The translations under genes were made by a program, and so were the position numbers. A stretch of 61,215 nucleotides of DNA, counting the filler. It is 12 parts of 12 records of this genome, joined end to end, with 100 filler letters (N's around TTAATTAATTAA, not from the genome) between each part and the next. Parts side by side here need not be neighbours in the genome. Positions count along the whole stretch, not along the records: positions 7,944 to 14,513 come from SRR7504441_25890; positions 14,614 to 23,280 come from SRR7504441_25894; 10 more parts are not named here. One strand, written 5' to 3'. Position 1 is the stretch's first letter. The number at the start of each line of letters is the position of its first letter. The notes under the pieces were generated by a model that was not told the DNA's origin, searched no databases, and saw only the letters and a list, made by a program, of their open reading frames with translations. Of this stretch, positions 10,780-21,413 are shown one piece after another.

Positions 10780-12412
10780 TCACATCTTACGCATATCAAA
10801 CACCGCCAACGAGTTGGTAGAGAAGCACGCAGCAACTTGATTCCCCTCTGTACTCCAACACACTTCGAATATGCCACCAGTGCCCTTGTAGCTTTTCACT
10901 AGAGATCCGTCGCGCACGTTCCATATGTGCAGATGATGGTCGTCCGAACCGGATGCCAGCCACTGGCCGTCCGGCGAGAACGCCACGGAGTATACCTAGC
11001 ACGGATTGCTCAGCTGCCAGCCGCAGGCAGTCGCACCGCGTCTGTGTGTTTCTTGAGTGTGTGAGTCGCTTTGCCGTACTCAACATCCCAGATCTTGATC
11101 AGAGCATCAAACGAGGCCGAAGCCAGCACGAGCGGCCTGTTCGGGTTGACTGTGCCGGGACCTGGCGCGCCCAATCAGACCCATACCCCCGGGGAACACA
11201 CCGGTTGGGCTCCATTTGATTGTGTAGATTGCCTTGGTGTGAGCCCGCAGGTTGTGCACACATCTATCGCGAGACATTGACCAGATCTTGGCCGTCGAGT
11301 CGTCGGAGCACGAGGCGAGCAGCTGGCCTCTGGGGCACCATTTTATCGCGTTGACCTCATCCTGGTGCCCTTCAAACTTCTTCAGCGGTGACGACGCGCC
11401 CAGCTTACACACATATATCATATCTGCACACGCACACGGCCTGAGGATCGGCGCGCCAGCCTGGCAGATCACCGTCTGTGGAGCATGTCGCGAACGTGCT
11501 CGTGTCCTTCCAGTCGACGTCGAGCGTTGGGGCCGTGTGGAATTTGAACTGCTGCTTCACCATTCCCGTCATCGGATCCCACACAATCGCCGTCTTGTCC
11601 ACACTCGCGCTAAGCAAACTATCCCCGGTCTTATTCCATTTGAGCGAGAAGATTGGCCCCTTGTGCTGGCTCAGCGTGTTGAGCAGCACACCCTGGTCGT
11701 TCCAAATCCGAGCCTGTCCATCATACGAGCCCGTCGCAAGCATGTTGCCGCAGCCGTTCCAGTCCAGGGTGGTCACTTGGTTCGGCGTGTCGCCTGCAGC
11801 CGCGCCCGGTCGAGCCTCGTGCTTTAGCACGATAGGAGCCGTAGCCCCCAGCATTGCATCCATCGACTGCGCGCCCGACACATTCCATATCCGTGCCGTC
11901 GAGTCACTCGAACCCGACGCGAGCAGCGTGCCCGTCGGCCCGGGTTTGGGGCACCACGCGCACATGAACACCTCCGACGTGTGCCCGTCGAGCGTCACCA
12001 CCTGCTCTTTGCTAAACGCCGCCGCCGCCGGCGCCTCGGCTGCTTCCACCTTGACAGGCTCGTTCCCCTGGGCGGCGCCCTGACGGGCCTCCTGGCTCGT
12101 GGTGCCGTTGTCTATCTCCATATCATGCCCGGTGGCGTTCCCGGCCTCCGGCTTGGATTCCTTGGTCGGCGCGATGGTCGGCCGGAGCGCGCTCAGCTTC
12201 TCGTCCTCCTGATTCACCTGCGCCTCGATCTCCAAGTACTGAAGCCCTTTCTGAATGAAGGTGATCAGGGCGCCCGGCGGGACTGATTCGCCGTTGATGC
12301 TCGACTTGGCAATAAGGCTCTCCGAGCCGAAGGTGAAGGCCGAGTGCTGGAAGCCGGACTCGAGCATGTATCTATACACAAGGAAGTTGACCTCGTCCGA
12401 GGTGAGCGCCAT
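10780..12412 (-). CDS. TBL1: TBL1/HOS15-family LisH + WD40 co-repressor subunit, 3 introns (49, 40 and 41 nt)
   Basis: [51 protein letters not shown] repeats ..[33 protein letters not shown]. Confidence 0.93.
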
Positions 12413-12604
12413 CGCTGCCTCGCACAACCCTGTGACCGCCGCAAGCTCTCGCCCGTGGATCCCCCTCTGGCGCGGTGCCCTCAGAGACTCAGCGGTGCCT
12501 TCCCTCCTCGAGCGGCGGCATTTCGTCCGTTGCCGATTCAAGCTGAGCAGACTGGCAGACTGCAAGCCTGGAGCTGTCTGCGGGAGCTCGACTCGTCGGC
12601 GGGC

Positions 12605-13861
12605 ATGCAGTCGCCGTTCCGCAATCTGCTGTTCAACTCGGCGCCCAAGCCCAAGGTGCGCAAGACCGGCCAGCAGCAGCGGATGTCGGCCGCCGCCTCC
12701 AAGAAGCGCCCCCCTCCGGTCCCGAGCGCCGCTGCACAGACCGAGCCCTTCCTCGAGTGCAACAGCGTCAACACGAGCACACGGGTGGAGATCGCCAAGG
12801 AACTCCCGGTCCAGCCGCGGGAGTCCACGTCTGTGCCGACAGCTGTCATCCAAGATCTGCAGCGCGCAGTCGGCGAGCTGACCAAGGCAAACGGGGAGCT
12901 GGCCCACCGGGTTTTCGCTTCTCAGCCCGCTTCTTTCCGGATTTATTTGAGATGGCCAGGTCGCTGTGCTCGAAGCCGCATCCCACGCCAACGTAGTTCC
13001 AGACACGCAATCAAAGCGAGCAGAGAGTGCCGATATTGAGCCGCAGCAAGGTCTTCGCGGCCGAACCTTCGACCGGGCCCTTCACGCCAGCCGTCTGCAG
13101 GCAGAGCGATAGCCTGGCCAACGGTGCTCGCTCAGGTCGAGAATCGCAGGGACGTCGAGCGCATCTTCGAGCAAGGTTGTGACGTCAAGACTTACTCCGA
13201 GGTGCATCAGCGGCGACGTTGGCTGCTCTCGCTCAGTACTGCTTTGTCAAGGGGCTTCGTTACGTGCTGAGCCTGGTCTTAAACCAGAGCAACCCGTCGA
13301 TGGACGGTGGCAGAGCAGACCGCCGGTATGATTGAGCGCGTTTGCCCCAGACATCCACATGCACTCCAAAGCGATGCTCTTTATCGTCGCCTCTCTCACG
13401 CTTGTCATTGAGTCTGACCTGAAGCAATGCATTCAGCCTGACCACTGCATCGAATTGATGGGCCACGTCAAAAAGCACCAGGGCTTGCTGCCCGATGCCG
13501 AGAAACCCAGCGTCCCAGGCTGCTTGGAGAAACTGTTCATGGTCATCTGTGCGACCCGGCTGATCTGCTTAGCCTGCGCTCAGGTGTTTAACGCACAGGA
13601 AGGCAACATCGAGCAGACGCACCAGTGAGAAATCTGCCAGTGAGCGCTGCTACTCGAGCCAGCACACCTCGATACGTTACCAAGTGTCCACAGAATCATC
13701 GTTGCACCAGACCAATATCCGCGCCCCAACTGCGTACCAGCAAACGATGCCTTGAGACATCATCCGATGCGACCATAGATCGCTTGCAAAGCCATGGTGA
13801 TACACTGACCCCAGGAGGAGCCACGGTCGGATCTCTCCGCTGTCAGTCCAAGTGTCCCTGA
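12605..13861 (+). CDS. Hypothetical multi-exon protein (about 6 short introns); 3' end uncertain
   Basis: A continuous frame can be built from ATG 12605 using 38-50 nt GT-AG introns; no recognisable domain. Confidence 0.5.
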
Positions 13862-14040
13862 TGAACAAGATCACTAGTGGTTACAGTGCATATCGCGCGT
13901 TGACGTCGTCGCATTAATGTACATTAGATTTTGTAGAGTGCTTTCATCGTTATTAATTAATTAATTCTTACACGAGCGGCCCTCTCTGGTCCTCGAGGAC
14001 TTTATTTAGTTAACTGTGTGTGCCGTGTATATAATTATGC

Positions 14041-14513
14041 TCTCACGACAGCGTTTCACATATTAAGTTTCTAGACATAGCCCTGAAGGAAGCAGGAGCC
14101 ACAGACAAGTCAAGGGCCCTGTTCAGAGCAGTCTATAGCGCAGCAAGTGCATGCTTCAAACTCACTACAGCAAGCGGTGAGGTTCTGCGCAGCAATGTCT
14201 TTCCAGTAAGGCGTGGAGTAGTACAAGGGGACCTTTTCAGTCCACTTTGCTTCATCATAGCGGTAGAGGCAATAATGCGCAGAGTGAACAAGTCTGCAAT
14301 TTCACCAGGAATCTGCATAAGCGGAGTGGCTATCAAAGAGATGGCCTACGCAGATGACTTAGTGAATGTGGACCCAAACACTGAAGTAGCAACAGAGGCA
14401 GTGACAAAACTAGCAGTAGTGTCAAAAGCGGAAGCAGACATGCAAGTGAATGTAGAGAAAACTGAATGTATGCTGGTAGCACACAGGCTGCCAGCCAAGG
14501 AAATACAAACAGC
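14041..14513 (+). mobile_element. Non-LTR (LINE-like) retrotransposon reverse transcriptase fragment, 5'-truncated, cut by the contig end
   Basis: DSVSH..FLD..L, RRGVVQGDLFSPLCFII, MAYADDLV, VNVEKTECM; A-rich composition unlike host genes. Confidence 0.9.
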
Positions 14514-14613
14514 NNNNNNNNNNNNNNNNNNNNNNNNNNNNNNNNNNNNNNNNNNNNTTAATTAATTAANNNNNNNNNNNNNNNNNNNNNNNNNNNNNNN
14601 NNNNNNNNNNNNN
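14514..14613. other. Artificial contig spacer
   Basis: N44-TTAATTAATTAA-N44. Confidence 0.98.
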
Positions 14614-16436
14614 GGATGGGGTCAACGTGCGGGCTGCCCCGTCGGACGAGGCCGCGCTGGTCGGCGCGCTCGAGCACGGGGCCTCCGTGCAGGTCTCAGA
14701 GACCGACGGCGATTGGCTCCGGCACCCGGCCGGCTGGAGCCGCGCTCGCCAGCGCACAGTCCCGCTCTTGCAGCCGGTTGGGGCGCCGGCTGACCCCCGG
14801 AGCTACTGGCAGCTACGGGCGGCGCTCGATCCGGCAGCGGCTCCGCTGGTGCACGCGGCGCTCACCGGACCGGGCGAGGAGGGCGCCGGGGAGCCGCCGG
14901 CGGACGATGACGGCGGGCGCTGGGCGGTGCTGGTGTGCGGGGGGAGCCGCGGGGCCCAGTACGGGACCAAGAGCCGGCGGTGGCGGGACCTGGGCGGCGA
15001 GGTGCCCTTCCTGATCACGCTGGGCGGGGTGTATGCCCAACTGGCCGCCGAGCTCGGACCCGAGCGCGTGCTGGTGGTGGCCGGGCTGGCCGACGCGCTC
15101 GACTGGCTGCGGGCGATGAGCCAGACCGGGTTCTCGGCGCCGTTTGATCCGGCGGACGAGCCGGTGGCACGAGCGTACTACGGCGAGCCTGAGCAGTCCA
15201 AGCGGAAGTGGGCGGGGCGGCTGAAGGAATTGGAAACGAGCTGCGCTGGGCTGCTGGCGAACGGCGGGGCCGACTACGACTATGCTCAAGTGAACCCGAC
15301 CACCGTGCTCCGGGTGCTGCAGGGCGACACCCGGGCCGGTGGCAAGGTGGTGCCCCACCGGAGGGTGTCTTCGCTATTCTTCTGGGTGTGCCGCTCTCCA
15401 ACAGACGAACCGCTTGATTGCTTCCTATGCTCACAGGTGACCACCCATGGAAGCGCCCACCCGATTTCGGTTGGAGTAGCCCCGCCCAGGCCCGGCGAGC
15501 CGCCTGGCCCGGTCCCAATAGCTCCAGCAGACGAGTGCGACAGCACAGCCTCTCTTGACCTCTCGGAGTGGTTTTTCATCATGCCGCACTGCGCTACCGA
15601 CCCTAGGCCGTATGGGTTCGTCCGGGCAGCCGGGTATTCTATGGACCCGGCGGCCGACCCTGCGGCTGACCACCCTCACCTGCCGCTTTTTTGTGTATAC
15701 TGGCAGCAGCTTTTCAGGGCGTTTTATCAAATGAGGGAGCGGGATCCCGATAGAGTGGTGGTGCGTGGCGGCCGGCTCCCGGGCTGAGTTGGGCCGGCAG
15801 CTGACCTTCTACCAATTTTGCCTGTCTGGCGGGCAGCTGCTCTGCATGCGCCGACCGTCGTACGTGGAACAGTTTAGGGTCGACAAATGGCCGCTCGCCA
15901 TGGTCCGCCTGCTGGGGTGCCAGGGGGTGAGGTGGCCGCAGGTGGCCAGTGCGGGCGCGCTCCAGAACTCTACGGGCGGGGTGCTCACCAATCTGTTTAT
16001 AGACTTGCTCGCCCGTGGGCTGGAGGAGGACATGCAGCTAGGTGAACTGCTCAGCCTTGTGCACAGCGAATATTGGGCCCGGCACACCAAGCTCATCAAG
16101 CTCAACAAGGCCATGCCGCCCCAGATGAGGGTAGGCGAGCTCCAGTTCTATTTCCACCCAGCGGTGGCCGCGATGCCGCTCCGGTCGCTCCTCTCCAACA
16201 AGCGCGCCTCCGACCGACAGGACGTGTTTGGCGGTCCAAACGCCCCAAATATGTACTTTGACGAGCCGCAAGAGCCGGCTGTGCAGGAGGTCGCGAGGCC
16301 GGCCGGTAACGGGCAGGAGATGCTGCTGCAGCTGGTGATGGAGATGGGGTTTGAGCGCGAGAGGGCGGAGGAGGCGCTGGCCCGCAACCCGAGCTCGGCC
16401 CAGATGGCTATTGAATGGTTGCTGAGCAATCTTTGA
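14614..16436 (+). CDS. SH3b-like + peptidase C13 (legumain)-like clan CD domain + C-terminal UBA protein, 5'-partial; introns 15386-15436, 15761-15800, 15903-15941
   Basis: GVNVRAAPS..VGALEHG..DGDWLR..GW (SH3b); RWAVLVCG, DYDYAQVNPTTVLRVLQGD..GKVV, LFFW|VTTHG, VV|LTFYQFCLSGG (C13-like His-Gly and Cys); LVMEMGFERERAEEALARN..QMAIEWLL (UBA). Confidence 0.72.
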
Positions 16437-16603
16437 CCGGTTCGGTTTTAGGAAGGTGTCGATATACTCGTAATCATTTGAATCACTTATAATTTATTGT
16501 TCACCGACCACGACACGATCTCGCATCTCGGGCGATGTATCACATCGACATGAAACGCGTATTATACCACGACGTCGTACGACCGCGCGGCGAGCCGACA
16601 GCC

Positions 16604-17490
16604 TCAAGGGCAGGCCGGGCCTTGGCAGAACTCGGACCACCACGTAGGCAGCTTGGATGCATCCGTCCTGGTCTTGGGCCGCCGGACTGTCTCCTCGCTG
16701 ATCTCGGACGCGAGCAACGCCCAGAACGGGGTCCCCTGCCCGGCCTCCACAGCGCCCCGCGGACCTCGCACCTTTGTGACACACTCCAGCGCAAAGGCCG
16801 CCCCGAATCCGCAGCCTATGCACAAGAGCTCGGTCTGGGGCTGCGAGATGCGCACCGTTGCCCCGGAATCGGTTGATGGCGTACCCAATGCTCACGTGCT
16901 TCACCTTGAGCTCGCCATCGTAGAGGTCCCAGAGCACTGACCACATCTCTCCGGAGCTCTGGATCGTCGCACCGGTGGCCTGTCCGAGCTCCCCAGGCAC
17001 AGCCGGCCGCAGACCTTGACCAGACCAGTCGGCGAGTGCCAATCCCTGGTGTGTGTCCCCGTCGGGTAGTGCACGCAGAACACATGCCGCCCGAACTGAT
17101 TGTCCTCCGGCGCGTGCCAGCAGGCGCTGCCCCCGGCTCAGCCGGCGCTGGCGCGGGCCACAGCACCGTGCATTGGGCCGCAGGTCAGGGAATGCCAGGT
17201 GCGGGGCGGCGGAGTGGTTGCCGTTGGCCATCAGCGTGTGGTAATTGTCCTCGAAATCGAGCGGGCCAATGTCCGGTCCCCGGAACACTGGCGGCCCGGT
17301 CACCGGGGCCGCGGGCCGGCGCACCGAAATCGGGTGCGAATGTGTTGTTGTCGAACGGGGAGTACCAGCCGCTGGCCGAGTTGTAGAACTGGATGGTCCG
17401 CTCGACCAGTGCGGCATCCGACGGCCAGCTCGCGCTCGGCAGCCCGGCCGCCGTCGAGCACAGGCAGAGCAGCCCAGCGATTACCCGCAT
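16604..17490 (-). CDS. Secreted SnoaL/NTF2-like protein, 5 introns of 35-40 nt
   Basis: Signal peptide MRVIAGLLCLCSTAAG; spliced motifs FAPDF|VFRGPDIGPLD, AFPDL, TGTHT, GYAINRFRGN|GCGFGAAF, LPTWW. Confidence 0.65.
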
Positions 17491-17581
17491 CCTCGCGCTG
17501 CAGTGGCTCAACGGAAGCCTGAGCAAAGACGCGACCAAAGACAACCGGTCAAGAGGTCAAGGCCACCCAGCGCAGCTCGCA

Positions 17582-18622
17582 ATGTGTCGCGCGGAGGAGC
17601 TGCGCAAGCCCGTGGCTTTGTTTATCCCGGGGGTGCCGCTGACTCGATTCTTCTATGAGCCATTCCTAGCCAAGCTGGCCGCCGACTTCGAGGTGGTCAC
17701 CCCCGAGATCGGCCGGTTCGAGGGAAGGCACGGCGAGTTCTCCGCCAACCCCGAAGCGATGGTGGACCGGCTGGTCGAGCGCGTGGTCGAGCTGGCGGGC
17801 GGCGCGGAGCGCGTGGCCGCATGGCTCGGCGGGCGGAGGCCCCCGACCTTGGTGGGGCACAGCATGGGGACGGTCTTCGCGGTCCAGCTCCAGAACAGGC
17901 TAGAAAGGCGGTTCGGGCGCGGGTTCGAGTCGTGTTTCCTTGTGGCCCCGCTTTTCCCGCCGTTCGGGTGCGAAGTGCGCCTGCCGTTGTGGGCGGCCTC
18001 GTCGGTGTTGGCCCTGGTGCTGGCGGCGATAGTGTTGGCGGTTCTGCGAGGTGTGCATTACATGTTTAGGAGCAGTTTCGAGAGTGGTCTGGCCCGCCGG
18101 CTGGTTGGCGAGGAGGTCCACCTCATGCCCAGATTCGCAGAGCGGATCGCGTGCGAGCATTCGTTCGCCGTCTTGTGGCTCAACTGGATTTATGTTCGAT
18201 GGCTGTGGCGGGCAGTTGGCAATGTGACCTCTTTCAAGGACGCATACGACACCTGGGGCTCGGCCAAGAGCAGCGCGCCAAGCGACCGCCGAGCATTCCT
18301 CGACCCGCGGACGGTGATTTCATACCACCCTTCGGCGCCGCTCGATCCGTACTTTGGGAGCCAAGCTCGGGCCGAGTTCCTGAGGCACAAGGTCTTCCCA
18401 GTGTATCGCCAGCTAGATGTGAATCACGGCTTTACGATCGAGACTCGCCAGACCAACGTAGTCGCCAAGGCTATTCGAGAAGACTATCTTGATGCGCTGG
18501 GCCGAGATGAGACCACCACGATAATCTGCTCCATGGAACCGGTCTCCGCTAGCCCTGGCATTGCGCTACGCTCCGGCACCATTATACGGCGGTCCTGGGA
18601 ACTGTCTCCTGGCGAGGCCTGA
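17582..18622 (+). CDS. Alpha/beta hydrolase, lipid-droplet-associated-hydrolase-like
   Basis: ALFIPGVP..FFYEPFL, LVGHSMG nucleophile elbow, central hydrophobic segment, late D and HGF. Confidence 0.7.
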   Translation: MCRAEELRKPVALFIPGVPLTRFFYEPFLAKLAADFEVVTPEIGRFEGRHGEFSANPEAMVDRLVERVVELAGGAERVAAWLGGRRPPTLVGHSMGTVFAVQLQNRLERRFGRGFESCFLVAPLFPPFGCEVRLPLWAASSVLALVLAAIVLAVLRGVHYMFRSSFESGLARRLVGEEVHLMPRFAERIACEHSFAVLWLNWIYVRWLWRAVGNVTSFKDAYDTWGSAKSSAPSDRRAFLDPRTVISYHPSAPLDPYFGSQARAEFLRHKVFPVYRQLDVNHGFTIETRQTNVVAKAIREDYLDALGRDETTTIICSMEPVSASPGIALRSGTIIRRSWELSPGEA

Positions 18623-18797
18623 CCTTCTCCTAAGTCACCATTTGATAATGAAGTTGATTATTTGTATGATCATCGAAAGCGCTCGATCGAACAATAGATA
18701 GTTTGATTGATAGATTCAGGATAGATTGTCAATAAGATGCGGACAAGGTGAGCACATCTGCATCAGCTTTATTTACATCAACACTCTGGTCGCTTTG

Positions 18798-19835
18798 TCA
18801 TAGCTGCAGATTCGTGTTCTCGGACGGTCCAGGCTCTGTCTGGGCAGCTGGGTTTTTGGGCGTCCTAGTAGTAGGGCTGCCGCTAGGCTTGCGCGCCCGG
18901 CTTGTGCGTGGAGCCTGGGTGCGGGCAAATATCGAAGGATCGGCAGACCGGGCACCTAGTGCCTGGGCCTGCCGAATCTCCTGCAGCAGTTCCTTCCTCT
19001 CGATGCTCGTGCTGTCGCTCGTCATCGCATCATCTGCGGTCATCATGTGCATTTCTATCGGGAACTCGGGCAGCCTCAGGTCGTACATCACTGCCAGAAC
19101 TCGGATCGGAAGCACCAGCCAGCCGCTCCAGACGATCGCGACCGATTGGTCCACGTGGCACCCCTTATCCAGCATGGCGTACGCCAGCCCCCCGATCAGC
19201 GGCGGCAGCGCATAAATCTCGGCGTGCGCATACAAGATACGGGGCTCTCTCAAGCAGAGCACGTCGCGGGTCATTCCTCCGAACGTCGCACCGAACATGC
19301 CGCCCAGGCCTGCGGCAAGCCATGTCACGTCCGCCGCCTTGTAGGAGGCGACAGCGCCCGAAGCCGCAAACGCAGCGAGCCCGATGGCATCGATCCAGAA
19401 GAAGAATTCTGTCCACTTCGTCGGGTCGAACTTGAGCAGCCGGGCTACACAAAACGTGAACAGGCTCCAGCCAATCACCCAAAGAGGCTCAAACCAAGCT
19501 GTGGCCCACCCCACCGGAGTGGCCCCCAGGAACAGATCCCGCCAGGTGCCCCCGCCCAGCGCGACCGTGAACCCGACAATCACGCAACCGAGCAGATCCA
19601 TCCCGCGCCGCCCCGCCGCCACTGTACCCCCGATGGCGAAGGCCGCGTCGCCGGTGTAGTTGGCCGCATCATAGACGCTTTCGGCAGAGAAGTGGGCGCT
19701 TTTTTGCTGCACGAGCACTGAGACCACCAGTGGTGGGATGGCGAGCACCAGCAGCACCAGCACTCGGAACAGCAGCAGCGGCATGCCCAGCAGCCGCTCC
19801 TCGGCTTGCACGTCATCGTCAGGCATGTTCGGCAT
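18798..19835 (-). CDS. TRIC / UPF0126 (YicG/YadS-type) membrane protein
   Basis: Duplicated motif GDAAFAIGG..GMDLLG..ALGGGTWRDLFLG and DAIGLAAFA..GATFGGMTRDVL; EIYA; intronless. Confidence 0.88.
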   Translation of the reverse strand: MPNMPDDDVQAEERLLGMPLLLFRVLVLLVLAIPPLVVSVLVQQKSAHFSAESVYDAANYTGDAAFAIGGTVAAGRRGMDLLGCVIVGFTVALGGGTWRDLFLGATPVGWATAWFEPLWVIGWSLFTFCVARLLKFDPTKWTEFFFWIDAIGLAAFAASGAVASYKAADVTWLAAGLGGMFGATFGGMTRDVLCLREPRILYAHAEIYALPPLIGGLAYAMLDKGCHVDQSVAIVWSGWLVLPIRVLAVMYDLRLPEFPIEMHMMTADDAMTSDSTSIERKELLQEIRQAQALGARSADPSIFARTQAPRTSRARKPSGSPTTRTPKNPAAQTEPGPSENTNLQL

Positions 19836-19878
19836 GTGCTCGCTCTTTTGTTTTTTTCTGAAGCACGACCGGCCGGCC

Positions 19879-20814
19879 ATGACCTCGGCACTGCGCCTGC
19901 TCCGCTCGCGCCTGTCGCGGCCCATGAGCACAGCGGCGCCGGCGGCACGTGCCGACCATACAGACCTGACCGCGGCGGCTCCGCGGGCCCCGGTGCTGGC
20001 GACTGCCACGGTGACGGCCGTGTCGGAGGCCACCCCCACCGTCAAGCACTACACACTGCGCCTGGACCCGGCAGACGGATTCATGTACCGCGCAGGCCAG
20101 TGGATTGACATGTACCTGCCCGACGTGGATACTGTGGGCGGCTTTTCGCTCTCCTCGGCCCCTTCGGGCCCGGGCGGCGGTCGGGAAGTCCAGCTGGGAA
20201 CCGGCGGGGCCACCGCGATCGAGCTGTGTGTGAAGCAGTCGCGGCACCCGCCGGCCGCCTGGATGCACCGGCTCTGCAGACCGGGCCACACGCTGCAAGT
20301 GCGGGCAGGTGCTCGCCCCGTGTAGCCGGCGGCTGAGCCGGGTGTAGGCGGCCAGTGCGTGCTTGGCCCGGCCGAGGCGTCGTCACCTGTGTTGCTGGTT
20401 GCGGGCGGGATAGGGGTCAGCCCGCTGTGGTCCATGCTGCAGGAGCTGGTAGTGCTCAACCCGCGGGCACGTGCCACGATGCTCCACTCGGTCTCAAAAC
20501 CGGAAGAAAGGTTATTCGTAGAAGACATGGCGGCCCTGGCCGCAGCGCACCCGGGCGTGCGCATCGACACGCGGATCACGCGCGGGGACATCGCCGGCTC
20601 TGCGGGCGAAGGCGGTGATGCCGTGAGGGGGGCCTGCGCAGGGGGGCGGTACAGCCAGGCCGACCTTGCAGCGGCCCTGGAGGCTCTCGGAGGGCTTGCG
20701 GGGGGGGCTGTGGCCTACGTTTGCGGGCCGCCGCCGATGATTGAGGCCGTGACCGCTCAGCTGCTGGCACTCGGCCTGCCGGAGGACAGGGTCAGACTGG
20801 AGCGGTGGTGGTGA
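19879..20814 (+). CDS. OXNAD1: Oxidoreductase NAD-binding domain protein 1-like (FNR family) with mitochondrial-type presequence; intron 20309-20347
   Basis: YRAGQWIDM..VGGFSLSSAPS..IELCVKQSRHPPAAWMH; LLVAGGIGVSPLWSML; YVCGPPPMIE; C-terminal ERWW. Confidence 0.85.
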
Positions 20815-20948
20815 GCCCATAGGAGGTCCCAATAACGGCATAATTAAGGCTCTGGTGGTTGGGTTGTCGAATGCTAAGAGAAGGCACTTTATGCATTGAA
20901 CAATGTATTATTCATCTACACAGTTTATTGCCTAGAGCTGCCGGCTAG

Positions 20949-21296
20949 TTAGCTAGGGTACTCAGGGTGTGCCCTTCGCTTGGGTGGCGACTCCAGCACC
21001 AGCGCCTCCACTTGCCGCAGCGCTGCCCCCGCAGGCGATTCCACAGCCAACGGCCCCTCAGCCTCGCCGCCGGTGTCCACGGCTAGCTCTCGACGCTTCA
21101 GCCCGGCCAGCGGTCGCGGGTCCTGCCGCGCCCGCTTGGCCGGGCTGGTGCCTTCCCCTGGGCGCGGCCTCTTGCCCGGCGGGTCGGGCGGGGGGCGCGC
21201 GCTGCTATGGCGCCGCCGCAGCTGCTGCTGCAGGGTCAGCTCCTGCTCCTGCAGCTCCTGCCAGGCCCGCTCCACTGCCGGACTGCTATCCTGCAT
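20949..21296 (-). CDS. Hypothetical small protein (115 aa)
   Basis: ATG-started ORF divergent from the kinase; short coiled coil and basic S/TP-KR motifs. Confidence 0.5.
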   Translation of the reverse strand: MQDSSPAVERAWQELQEQELTLQQQLRRRHSSARPPPDPPGKRPRPGEGTSPAKRARQDPRPLAGLKRRELAVDTGGEAEGPLAVESPAGAALRQVEALVLESPPKRRAHPEYPS

Positions 21297-21413
21297 CCGG
21301 GAGCCGCCCAGGCCGCCAGGCCGCGGGGCGTGAGTTCACGTCCAGCCGATGAATAAAAAAATAATAATCGGCACAGCATGGCCTGAGAGACACAGGGGAG
21401 AGAGGGGAGAAAG

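Noticed and set aside
11405-13006. 200-aa N-terminal extension on TBL1 in the ORF track
   Set aside because: The conserved start is MALTSDEVN at 12412; the extension is the antisense of the neighbouring plus-strand gene
13953-13964. TTAATTAATTAA without flanking Ns
   Set aside because: Lies in an AT-rich spacer where short duplications are common; no sign of a join or function
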